Notes under the pieces: generated by a model | Seen by the model: the letters and a program-made list of their open reading frames with translations, nothing else | The model's database searches: none | Told to the model about the DNA's origin: nothing | Assembly: GCA_040285855.1 (NCBI GenBank) | Contig: JAUFOQ010000003.1 | Location: forward strand, 1,550,001 to 1,614,000 | DNA: 64,000 nt | Reading direction: 5' to 3' | Source: Eukaryota sp. GEM-RC1 | Lineage: Eukaryota | Made by a program: the position numbers and the translations under genes | In this document: piece by piece, positions 1 to 11,354 of the stretch | Numbering within the stretch: position 1 is the first letter of the stretch | How the letters are laid out: the number at the start of each line of letters is the position of its first letter

Positions 1-540
1 AGTGTCCCTCAATTTGACTCCAGAACTATAGTTTCGAAATAAGTGGCTAACATTGATGGTGAAAGACGGGATCTTTGGGGTGATCTTCGTGAAGTTGAAG
101 TGGTTTGATAACATCTGGTTTAAATGGGTTGTGGGATTACATCTTTGGAAGAAAAACAATTACTGGACTTCTCCAACAAGGAATATTTGAAGACAGAAGA
201 CAGAAGCAGTGCAGGTGGAGGAAAAACTCTACCTTACACCTTACACTGAGTCAAATGCATGTAGTCTCTACCTTCTTGAACACCCTTCCCCTCTCCTCAA
301 AAGCTTCTCCAAAACGCTTCTTGGAAGTGTTTTGGAGAAATCTACCACAAAATCTCTCATAACCTGGTTCAACGACGTTCTTTGAGTTCTCTCTCTCTCG
401 TTGATGCTCTAACTGCTCTATGTGTTCTTATGTGAGATTCAGTTTCCTGATGAAGTGCCAGAATTTGCTTCATTTGACTTAAATCTCTAGTCCTTGGGAA
501 TTTTGTTCGTCAAGCCTTGCAAAATCACCGGAATCGTGGC
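1..540 (+). pseudogene. Possible degenerate 3' end of an RLE non-LTR retrotransposon
   Basis: Broken frames give fragments (WGDL..., AVQVEEK.Y, TPFP) that loosely resemble the RLE C-terminus seen at 40.2-40.5 kb. There is no intact ORF. Confidence 0.25.
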
Positions 541-984
541 TTTTATTTTAAATTTTTGGTTTCCAGATCAGTTTTGCACTTTCTATTTGTTTGTTTCGTT
601 TGTGTTTTGAATATTTAAAAATTAAAATGGTTCTACTCAGTGGAGGAAGGAATTTTCACCAACCAGGATCTTTTTCTCAACACTTCAGGTTAAATTGGGG
701 TATCCCCTAAACTACCGTTATTAATGTCTACCGTTATATATTACATGTTCATCGATTGACTTGTTTTTAATAACAAAAGATCTATAATACTATTCGTTTC
801 ATCTAAACTCTGAACTATCAAAGAGTTTGTTGATAAAGAGTTTGTTTTTGCGTAATTACAAACCATCGTAATTTTCCAAAAAGTCAGTGTACACCCTTTT
901 TCTAGTTTTAAATTTTTTATTCTTTTTTCTTCAGGGAGCTGTAACAAAGATTTGTGTGTTATCACCCCTACGACACCGTGAAAG

Positions 985-1300
985 AAATACCAGTACACAG
1001 CTTTTGATTGGTCTTGTTTGATTGCATCATATTAACAATTACCAAGATTAACCATGGCTTCAGCATCACCTCGATCTGCAGCTTCTTGGTAACCTTCAAA
1101 AGCTAATTCATCATTACTTTTCTCTATTTGAAGATCATTTGCTAGAGAATTGTTCAACTCAAAGACTTCAATGGTTCCTTGAATTTCTTTCAACTCTTTC
1201 AGTACATCATTAATAGAAGGTCTTTCACTAGGATTAACTGAAAGACATTTGTTAATCAAAGATGAAATAGCATAGGAAAACCATCAGGGAAAGCTCAATA
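985..1300 (-). pseudogene. Protein kinase C-terminus plus SEL1-repeat fragment
   Basis: LINKCLSVNPSERPSINDVL is kinase subdomain XI. AADRGDAEAMVNLGNC*YDAIKQDQSKAVYWY is a SEL1 repeat with an internal stop. The N-terminal kinase is missing. Confidence 0.7.
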
Positions 1301-1308
1301 AATTTTCT

Positions 1309-2280
1309 TCAAAAATTTAAACATGGACACTTGGACGAAGTGTTTCTCTCATCATTCATCACTGTTAGAAAACCATTTCTCTGAAAGAATGAAGTCCAAG
1401 TCTTAGTTCCCGATGGTGGACTGTGTTTTAAGTTGGACATTGGCTTCTGACCTAAATCACCAATACATAGTACAATTTTGTCACGGCTACCAAAAGTTCT
1501 TACAATGCTGTTAACCAATTTAGACTCTGTCTTTTGCTTATGGACATGATTCTGGATTTTGTGAATCCTCCATATATGCAAAGCATAGAAATCTTTAGTT
1601 GCATTGTAGTGAATACATTTATTCAGCATAAATTCTCTCAATTTATTGTAGTTGACTGACACCTAACCAAGTGTTCCATTCCTCAATAGTCTTCGTCTAA
1701 CCTGAGGGACTAGTACCTGATCTCTTTCTGACAAGGTACTGATGGATTCTTATATGCTTTCTTGAAACTCTAGACCACTCGGTATACGTCAATCGTAAGA
1801 AGTTGTATTTCTTTAGAGGATTTTGAGTTTCCCTATCTGATTTAGATGCAAGTTGTAGCATATCTCTCTTTCCAATGTCCACATAAACCATTTGTTTAGA
1901 AATAAAATCAGACCTATCACATTCATTGAAATATTGTTCTTTTACTGAAGCTTGACTTGAATCAGGTTTACATTTCATTCCTTTCAAATCCTTTCTCACA
2001 AATTGAAAACAAATCGAAATTCCATCAGTTACAGCATACTAGTAGTTGTTGAATTCAAAATTGGCTTTGTGAAAACTTCTGTCATCATAGTCAAACCATC
2101 TTTTCCAGTAATCTTGTTGACATTGTTTGCGTGTGTTTTGTATAATGTGTAGTATCCGTGAATACTGTAGAATTGTTTTTTCTTTCGCAACTATTAGATT
2201 CCGAACTTTTAACCATTGAAGGTGCACTAATTCAACGGGTGTTCTTCTACGTCTTTTGAGTTCTACTGTTCTTGTCTCTA
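1309..2280 (-). mobile_element. Degenerate Fanzor1 (eukaryotic TnpB-like RNA-guided nuclease) gene fragment
   Basis: Joined frames read YAVTDGISICFQF...VYVDIGKRDMLQL (RuvC-I)...KTIEEWNTWL...KQKTESKLVNSIVRTFGSRDKIVLCIGD...PPSGTKTWTSFFQRNGFLTVMNDERNTSSKCPC (RuvC-II and the start of the Zn finger). There are in-frame stops at 2039 and 1697, a frameshift near 1665, and truncation after CPC. Confidence 0.8.
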
Positions 2281-3018
2281 AATTTTTAAAGGTCCCTAAT
2301 TAATCGAGAGTTATCGATATGTTTTTGCACATTTCTTAAAAATGGAAAGAATGTTCAGTCTGCAAATAAATATTTTTTTTTGATAGTTTTAGACAAAGCA
2401 TTTATTTTCGAACAACTAACTCAAATATTCAATACCCCCAAAGCCCAAATTTCGCATTTGGAAACTTTTACCAACCTTATCTTTACAATACCTTCCCAGA
2501 TACAATAAAACGTTAGATACAGAGGTCACCATACCTTTAAAAGCAAATAGCAAACACATTTCGATTCTTCGAAAATCCAAGATCAAAAGTCCTACTAGTA
2601 GTTGGTATTTCTCTTGCAATCTTCACAAAGGTTTCAACTACTAGTAATGATGTTGCAGATTCTCCTAGAGAACCGTATAATATTTTGATTAAATGGGGAC
2701 AATAGGTGATTCGAATGTGAAATGGAATTCAATAATTTCAAATAGTTAGGAGCCTTTAGGTATTGCGTAACTTGTAGTTGTTTGAATAGATGAAAATGTA
2801 TTTGAAAATCTATTCCACGTTTAAGCAAAAAGAGTAGAAGAAGACTGGTTTTTAATATTAAAAATTCACATTTCAAAATTCTGGCCCTCAGAAGCTGTGA
2901 ATTGATCAACCTGGCTGATTTGTAGAAGTTGTAGAGCTGTTTAAACTTTAAAAAAACCATACGACATCAGCCAGCAAAATTTAAACCATCAAAACCGTCA
3001 TTTATTAAATTACAAATA

Positions 3019-6000
3019 TTAAAATATATCAGACAACTTCAACCCCTGTCCTTTGGGTTTCTTTGACTTTTTCACTTCAGGAGTCAGTGATAACGTTCTC
3101 AATGTACTGGGCACCCATGGCTGACTGGAGGACCTGGTTTGTTGCTCCCTTTTGCTTCGTTGAACAATAATTCTCCACTGAAAGATTAAATTAGAAATTA
3201 TTCTGTTTAGATAGTATTCCGATGCTAACTTGAATCGCCTTTTTTCTAATAAATGACTGTGCCAGATAGTGAAGAAGTTCAACCTTAAATGATAAGGTTT
3301 ACGGGTGGCAAAGAATTGCTCTCGTTGAAGTAAGGCTGACATCATCAACCACATACCAAAATGATATTCAATTACAGATCTTTTTGATTGGCCAAGAATT
3401 CAGCAGAAATCTGACGCATGGCATTACGTCTTGAGTGTTGTTTACGATAGAGCTTTACCCATCGCTTGAAGAACAGACGTGATCTGATAGTCTTTTGACC
3501 TTTGTGAAGTGATGCCAGTCGAATAATCGCATTTTGAGACAAGAAAGAACATAGAATCGATCAGCAATCGAAATTAAAGTATTCGACAGAGATTTCTTTT
3601 GAATAGTTCTGTGAGTTACTTGGGTCCATTTTTGAACACAAACTTTCATTGTAGTTCGACAACGTTCAGCTTGAAGTTGGCTTCCGCGGCTATGTAGCTG
3701 AAATAAAGATTTCCAAATATTAAAATAATCGGAAATATTATAAGAACGTTGAATTTGAAATCTTCGTCCACGACTGTGTAATTGATACAAGGACTTCCAA
3801 ATATTAAAATAATCGGAAATATTTTGAGAGCGTTCAAGTTCAAGTTGTCGCCCACGATATTGTACTTCAGTCAATGACTTCCAAATATTGAAATATTCGA
3901 AAACATTTTGGGAACGCTGCATTTCAAATTCTCGTCCACAATTGTGAAGTTGAAGCAATGTTTTCCAAAAATTGAAATAATTCGAAATTACTTGAGATTG
4001 ATTCAATGAAATAGACTGTTGAAGCATTTCAGAAGATTCATGATGAACAACATTTAAATTATTAAAATACTTACAGAGAAGTACATGATCATGATGACGA
4101 CTTACTTTCTGAAAGTGGCCAGCCAATAACAACTGCTTTAAAAAGAAACTCATTATGGAAACTTGCCGCTTTCGGGTAATAAAATGAAGACCAGAAGACA
4201 AAGAAGAATTCAATTTCCAATTTTTAAAATAATTTGAAGTGTGCGCAGTGTTCAAAGCACGAGTAAATGAATGCAAACCAGTGGACAACATGTAATTTCG
4301 TTGCCAGATTTTAAAATATTCAGAAGTTTCGGTAATTTGATAGAAACGGGCAGTACGACTGAGCTTCTGTTGCCAACTCTGATGGCGCCAATTTTTGAAA
4401 ATCGATAATTTTTCAAAATTAGACCGGTTTCTGTCGAAAAGGAGACTTTGGTAGTTCATATTACCAACAGACAATATAAATCCTTTCCAGCCACAATAAA
4501 ATTTTAATAATAGTGATTTTAAATATTGGTTATACGATTGATCTACATTAATTTTAGTGATTGTAGCATTGTTCCAAACGTTGAACAAATTTGAAAGTTT
4601 TAAATTCTGATGTGATTGAATAAAATCATCAGTTTTGATGCTAAACTCCACAATTAACCTCTGGGAGGCAAACCACTGATTAAAATATTGTCGTTCAATA
4701 TTAAAATTATCAAAGAGCTGCAATTGGGCGGCAACAGTTTTTGATTGAAGAGATCGGTCTCGAGCAGTCATCCAAATTTTAAAAAATTTAGTTGTAGAAG
4801 ATCGACCAGTGATTAATCTGGTAAACAACGATGCTTGAGACAACGAAAACCATTTAAAAAGCGATTTCTTTTTCAAAAATATTTGAGACTGCATCTGGAA
4901 ATTTCGTCCCATATAGAAATAGTTTTCAACCTGTTTTGGGAGATTTTTGAAAGATTCGAAATATTTCCGTTTGAGCTCTAACTCTCGATCAATTACAATT
5001 TCTTCAATCAATCGATCGCGTTGTTCAATATTCTTCAATGAATAAAGATTTGAAATCCACTTTCTAAAACAGGTACGTTGTCTTTTGTTAAGTAACTCGC
5101 GATAACGTCGACTAGCAATCATACAATTAAGAGTTCGCTCTCTCCATTGAAAGAAAAGAATGGACAAAAATTGAAGATTTTTCAAATTTTGGGCATGATC
5201 AAGTCTAGTATCCAAGTGACAATTTTTAAAAGTGTTGAAACAATGAGACAACATCCGACGGTCGATTGTAGATGAAACCCTAGAAGATCTGTAGCTCAAT
5301 ATCCAAAAGAAGAAGGTATTCGATTTCATAACAGACGATTTAGTGGTAAGAAATTGTAAAAGTCGATTGTTGATTGAAATAGACTTTTGTTGTAGTGATT
5401 GGAGGAGCTCAAAATGATTTGCCAGACAACTACGATTCTGGAAGGCGATTGCCTCCTGTTTCATACCCTGAATTTTATGAAAAACTTGAGTAAATTTTAA
5501 AAAGTAGGAATGTTTTTGGTTCGATATCAATTGATCAGAGCATTTTGCCAAGATCTGACTGTGAGATGACGTGACCTCCTGCCAAGAGTAAAGAACTTGT
5601 CTAATCAAAAATGACTGATGATCACGTTCTGATTGATTCACAAATGAATGTTTAATTCTTCCAAGATACCAACGGAAGAACACGCCACTTTTCTTCCCTA
5701 ACTCCTAATTGATTGACTAGAATATAGCCTTTAGATAGATTATCGGAAATTACAGCATGGTTATTTTTGATTGATTGTATTGTTGACAATTTCAACATTG
5801 ACGAATGAAAAGAATCAGCTGCTTTGATAAATTTAAAATTTTTGACCATTGATCGGAAGCATTGATGAGTAAAACCAGTAAGAACAGTACCATAAAACTG
5901 TTGAGCTCGATGACGTAATCTCGACAATCGGAAGGAATCATACCAAAGAGACAACGAGTTTCTCATAGAAACAACGTCTCTTCTGGCCAAAAGTAGAGCA

Positions 6001-7147
6001 AACTTTCTTCTTTTGTGGTAACGTTCATTGGAAGAGAAAACCAGTGACCAAAGGAGTTGGTCAATTTAAATTTTCTTGAACGATCTAAATAATTACGTAG
6101 AATCACACGTGTTTGAAGGACAGAATCAGTATTTGCTGTCCAAATCTGGAAATAATGAGAAATCTGTTGTTTGACCTTTTCTCCAATATGTAAGTGGTAC
6201 ACTAACGAAACATTTCTAGAGGCAGCTGCATTATTGGTGAATTGATTGAAGTAGAATGATAGAAAATCACGATTGATGATGTCATTGGTTTTTCTTGATA
6301 ATAAAATGAATCTGGTCAATCTAAGCCAAGAAGAAAAACATGGTCTTGAGTAATGTACAAATTTAAAATTTTCAGAATTATTCAATAATTGCCGCAGTGT
6401 ACGACAATGATCCTTGTGTAGGACCAAAGCAAGAAAATACTTGGCCGAAAGTCTTGTTTGGAACCAATAATCAGCGGACTGGCACTTACGCACCAAATTT
6501 AAACTATTTAAATATTGTGTAAAATACCTACGTTTAATCAATTCCGCGTAAAAGTTCAACGCCACAATTGATTGATTCTGACGCTCCTGACTCCTTCGTT
6601 GAGCAAGAGCAGTCGCTAGAGCTCCTCTCCATTGGTCAAGAGAGGGTATTAGTAAGAGACGACGGCCTAGAGTAAGAGCTAGAAAGGATCGACGCCAAGA
6701 GAGGAAACTGAAGCGAGTAAGTCTGTGAGCAAAGAGATAGCGGCCAGTTTTACGTAGAACATTTCTTTTTCTGTTGTATGAGAATGCAGCAAGAGATTTA
6801 CGTAGAAGGTGAGAAATGTAGAGGTTGTAGGCGGCTGATAGTTGATAAACAGAATCTCTTGAAGAAGCTTCATGAGCACGAATCCAAGAAAATAGATGAG
6901 ATCGAACGAGAAGAGAAGAATAAAAGTCCAATGCTTGTTCATATAAGGAAACAATACGAGAAACGTCTGGTGATTGTATGACAGACTGTCTAGGAGCTTC
7001 AATTGAATGGTCTAGTAAAGATCTGGAGAGAGATGGTCCAGTTTTACGAGATGCCGTTGGAGTAACTGGAGAAAGTAGGATTCCAGAAAGGTGTCCATCA
7101 TCAGTAAAATACTCAGAGACATGTGAGAATGAGTTGTTCATTGACAT
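3019..7147 (-). CDS. Sfi1-like centrin-binding repeat protein (frameshifted into 4 ORFs)
   Basis: Dozens of periodic F-x-x-W-(K/R) repeats run through ORFs 5963-7147, 5652-5990, 3455-5683 and 3019-3354, which abut or overlap. Confidence 0.7.
3680..4000 (-). repeat. Approximately 84-bp (28-aa) tandem coding repeats in the Sfi1-like gene
   Basis: Units like SQNISDYFNIWKSLYQLHSRGR recur about 4 times. The DNA motif ttccaaatattaaaataatcggaaatatt occurs twice. Confidence 0.75.
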
Positions 7148-7417
7148 CTAGACAATCAAACACATTTACTAAAACAAAATTAGCAAACAGAATTAATCAA
7201 TCGAGACATGGATACAGATACTAGAATATGTTATACCAGTAGATCGTTAATGTAGTTTAAGTTTTATTGAATACAACAAGTGCAACACATGTGACAAAAC
7301 TGAATGATCGAATGGGAAACGTTTATTTACTGCAACCAGTGGACTCCAACTCTCAAAGACACCAATGAATGCAAAAGAGGGCGGCAGAATGAGACTAAAA
7401 ATATGAAAACAAAGCAT

Positions 7418-7852
7418 TTATGCAGTTGCTTCAACACGAAGACGAGCTTCAGCATTGACAACGTTGATGTTAAGCTCCTTAGCTCTTGAGACGAGCTCCT
7501 TTCTGGACTTCTTGGAGAGAGAATGGTGGAGAACAGCAGCAAATCGGCGGTTGCTCATGGTAAGAGCTTCTAGCTCAGCAGCATTTCGGACAACCATACG
7601 GAAGAAACCATCCTGTTGGAGATGACGGGTGTCCTTGTTAGAACCGAAACCGATGGAGGGCATGACGGTAATACCCTTGAAGCGTCTTCTTACTCTGGAA
7701 TCAATACCGCGAGGTTTACGCCAGCTAGGCTACGATCAGAAAAGAAGAACAAAGTAACGTACATCAACCCGGCTGAATCTATCAGATTGCCAACGCTTGA
7801 AAGTGTTGGTGCGCTTTTTAACGATAGTAGGCTTGGAAATAGCTTTGGCCAT
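7418..7852 (-). CDS. RPL32: 60S ribosomal protein L32 (eL32), two exons (7763-7852, 7418-7729)
   Basis: The spliced product reads MAKAISKPTIVKKRTNTFKRWQSDRFSRVD|PSWRKPRGIDSRVRRRFKG...MPSIGFGS...VNAEARLR. Confidence 0.95.
7730..7762 (-). other. 33-nt spliceosomal intron in RPL32
   Basis: GTACGTTACTTTGTTCTTCTTTTCTGATCGTAG. It contains in-frame stops, and its removal restores the conserved eL32 sequence. Confidence 0.93.
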
Positions 7853-8349
7853 TGGAAAAGAAAAGGGAATTGCAATACGCTAACAAAACACGACCCCTTT
7901 CAGACCCTCTTACTTGAAGAATGACCAATATATGGCACCTGTTGGACTTTAAACATAACCCTTTCGACTTTTTGTTATGAATCAGTGACATTATTGTAAT
8001 CACATGTCCATATCTCTTGATATGTTACAGAATGGTGTGAGAAATCTGATCGCCGCGGTTTTCCATCCATTATTATCAGTTGTCTTGCCGATGTCTCATG
8101 TTCTCTTTATTTTGTAGATTGACTGGATTTACAACTTCTAAATACTACTAGCGTGTTCTTTATTCAGTCTATTTGAATTTTGCTTGACCATAATATAAAA
8201 TGTTTTTTGTTTATCAGCCATTAGGGTTGGAAAATAAGCATTTCTGCAGAGTGTTATGATTGAATGACTCTAAAAATGTGACAAAGGCTCTGCGAAAAGA
8301 ACAATGAGCAAATCATCTTTCCACATCATCAGCTTCGAACATTCTCCTC

Positions 8350-8799
8350 ATGAGTGTTTCTTGTACTTTTACTATCATTACTGACGACGATACTCCACTA
8401 TACATCCGTGACTTCATAACTGACAACATTGCTTTAGAGTCACTCAATCATTTTGTTATACATTCTGCTTTGGATGTTATGGACCAACTGGTTTGGTCTA
8501 CATCTCAGATGTATGTTCGATGCATAGACCAGTTCGCTGAGAAATTTGTATATGGAATGTTCACTGCTTCCCGTATGTCACAACCTCTCAAAATTCTAAC
8601 TATATAACTTCGTTTTATGTTGCTATACGAAGGCATACTCACCAAAGGAGAGGAATCTATAAGAAGCTTTTTCAATGATGTCTATGAATCATATCTTATC
8701 CAACAAAGCAACCCTCTGTATGAATTCAAGTCTCCGCTCACCAGCACGTCCTTCGACAAATCTGTGGAAGCAGCAGTCCAGAAACACCTTCTACAATGA
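8350..8799 (+). CDS. TRAPPC2: TRAPP complex subunit 2 (sedlin/Trs20), two exons
   Basis: FTIITDDDTPLY, LNHFVIHSALDVMD, MYVRCIDQF, LRFMLL, IRSFFNDVYESY, NPLY and SFDKSV match sedlin. There is one intron at about 8573-8605. Confidence 0.88.
8573..8605 (+). other. 33-nt intron with an apparent GT-AT boundary
   Basis: GTATGTCACAACCTCTCAAAATTCTAACTATAT. Removal gives TAS-QLRFMLL, collinear with sedlin TAG-HMRFIML. Confidence 0.7.
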
Positions 8800-10010
8800 C
8801 TTCTTCTTTCTAAATTCTTCCTTAAACAATGGCGGAAATGGTTGGTCTTTGGACAAAACGATTGCCTTGTAGTCAATTGATACATATCCCTTCATTAACC
8901 CTTCGCTCAACACACGTGTCACATTGCACAGTACCTCAGGGTCAATCCCACTTGGATTGGGAGCGTCGGTTCTGGTTGCTGAAAAAAAACTGCCTTTTGA
9001 ATGTATGAAAAATGGAATTTGTTTGTTGGCTTTAAACAAGTTATATACTTGAATAAATTTCGGAATAGCGTTGTATCCAGTTTTGAGTATAACATAAACG
9101 TGCCTGTTTTAAGCAAGAGACGGCGGTATTCGAGACCAAACGATCTGTAACTCTGCAAATCACCATTCCTAACTGCCTGGATAAGAGCGGTCAAAAATCC
9201 TAAATGACATGAATCTAACACAGACTTTGAGGGAGATCTGCCAAAGAGAAGTGAGACTAAAGTGAGGTAATATAACACAAGTGTTTTACGTTTAATGTCA
9301 GATTGAGGGATTCTAGCAAAGCAAAAGGAGAGCCGTTGGTAAGCATCGTGGTACTGCCCTTGGTACAGATAGATTCTTCCTGAGTAGTATCTATAGGTAA
9401 CGATATCAGCAGTACAGAAACTGTCCAGAGGAATAGTAGAAACTCTATTGCCTTCAAAGGGTCTCATTAAGGACTTGGTTAGACCCAATGCATTTGTCTT
9501 GAAATATATTGAGAATAAAACATTAGTCAAGTGGAGGGAAACCCATTGTTTGTTTTCTGTATGAGGAGACTTGTCAGCATTGCAAGCTTGGACAAAACGG
9601 GATAAATAGGGTACAGAATCCTCAATTAATTTAGTAGAATTAGTGAGGAAAACAACGTGTTTCATGTCAGTTGAGAACTGACGGATAACCGATCTGTTCC
9701 AATACTCAAAGAGAGAGGACAAGGGTGAAACCATTTCAAAGAGTTTTAAACTACAACCAGAGAAGTCTTCTTTTTGGTATAAGATAAGAGCATTTAGAAA
9801 AGAGCAAACAACGTCTGACCAACTATCGGACAAATCTGATAGATGAGTTTGAAGTAGATGGAGGTGTTCACCGTTGGATACAGAAAAAAGAATTCTGGGG
9901 GTGAAAGGGGAAGATCGCATGTCCCTGAGACAAAGCAGTGTTGCTAATTTTCGGCCATTTGTGGAACGAACAGAAGAAGATAGTTCTTTTAAGTAAGTAA
10001 CAAAAGACAT
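8791..10010 (-). CDS. PCID2: PCI domain protein PCID2/Thp1/CSN12 family (frameshift in an A-run near 8985)
   Basis: NVLFSIYFK, DIVTYRYYSGR and the C-terminal GLMKGYVS...IVLSKDQPFP are typical of PCID2. Confidence 0.85.
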
Positions 10011-10092
10011 CAGCTAATAGCCTAAAAATGTCAAATGTTGGGGATGTGCTAACAAAAGAAGATTCTAGAATGTTTTCCCTGCACATCTGGAA

Positions 10093-11350
10093 ATGTGCTT
10101 CATATCATTGTTCTCACTACTATGCAACACAAAACCCACTAGATGTATAATCGTAATAGACTCGTCATCATCGTTAGTAAATTTGTCAATCTCTTTCTCA
10201 GATCTCCACGGCATTTGTAGCAGTGACATCAGAAGTCTGTTTAGTTGGAGGCTTAAAGACTTACATAATGAAGAAGAACAGCTTCGTCTATCGCTATTCG
10301 TTCCTCTTCTGATGGCAGATACTTTCTCTCACGACGTGATATCAATATTCACCCACTTGTACATGTGCGATGTCTCTGTAGTGATTGACAACGAGCCAAC
10401 TCTCTCCCTGACACGTGTCAATTCTCCTTGGGAACGACTGAAAGTTGTACTACATTTGGATATCGAAGATTTTATTTTAATCAATAATATTGATCAGGAA
10501 TTCAAAGGTTCTATTGAAGGTTTTGTGTCAAAACTAGACTATTCGAAAGGTAGTCATTATTCAGTCCTTAGTTGTGTGGTAAATGGAACGTATATGGATT
10601 TACAGAACCTTTTTCAAACATTATATCAGCAGTTAAATTGTCATCAATCGACAATAATGAATCCTGTTATTTACCTCAATGTTAAAACTGACTCGAAGTC
10701 AAGTGATTTTCCAGATGAAATAGGAAAGTTTGTTTATTCTGTATTGCTTAAAGATCTTGCTTGTAGACCAAACTTTCTCCCAGTAGTACAGATTAATTCT
10801 GAAACACTGGAAGGTGTGGATCTGATTCGTGGCAATGACAACTTCTTCTTCGAGTCAGACTCCCAAATAATTCCATCGAATAACACTGATTTGTTTCTCC
10901 TTTCGAAGAGTAAGTTGTTGTTATTGAACTATTACAATTTGATACAATCAATTCTTGTGGATAATCAATTATTTAAATCATTCTCCAAACCGTTACAGTG
11001 GAAGTATTATTCTGTAAAAGTAAAAGATCCGGAGTGCAATGAGAAGTTGCTGCGATTACTAAAAACATCAGAATTATTGACCTTTTCTGGAGATTCAGTT
11101 TCAGCAATTTCAATGCCAATTCAGGGTCTAATCATTACGTTCAATGATTTGATTGATCTTCCCCCTTGTGATTGGACGATGTAAATTCCACTTAATTGCT
11201 GGGTATGTTAAATGGCTTTTATCAATTTGTTTGTCAAACACCAATTATCTTTTATTTGTGCAGTGGATAACAGAAAACCAGAACGAAATCAAAAAACACA
11301 GTATTTCTTTATCAGATTTTAAAACAATCTACAAGTTACTAGATCGATGA
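10093..11350 (+). CDS. Hypothetical protein (probable frameshift near 11160; start may lie near 10028)
   Basis: A 363-aa ORF is followed by an overlapping 65-aa ORF that begins at a C-run. No recognisable motif. Confidence 0.55.
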
Positions 11351-11354
11351 TATT

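Noticed and set aside
620..2350. Terminal repeats or omegaRNA for the Fanzor element
   Set aside because: I found no convincing TIR/TSD pair, and the 3' end of the gene is deleted.
2416..2960. Two short minus-strand ORFs as a gene or as the Fanzor N-terminus
   Set aside because: No recognisable motif and no demonstrable continuity with the Fanzor frame.
7418..8799. Stop-codon reassignment suggested by in-frame stops in RPL32 and TRAPPC2
   Set aside because: The stops lie in or at 33-nt introns, and TAA, TAG and TGA all terminate conserved genes in this window.
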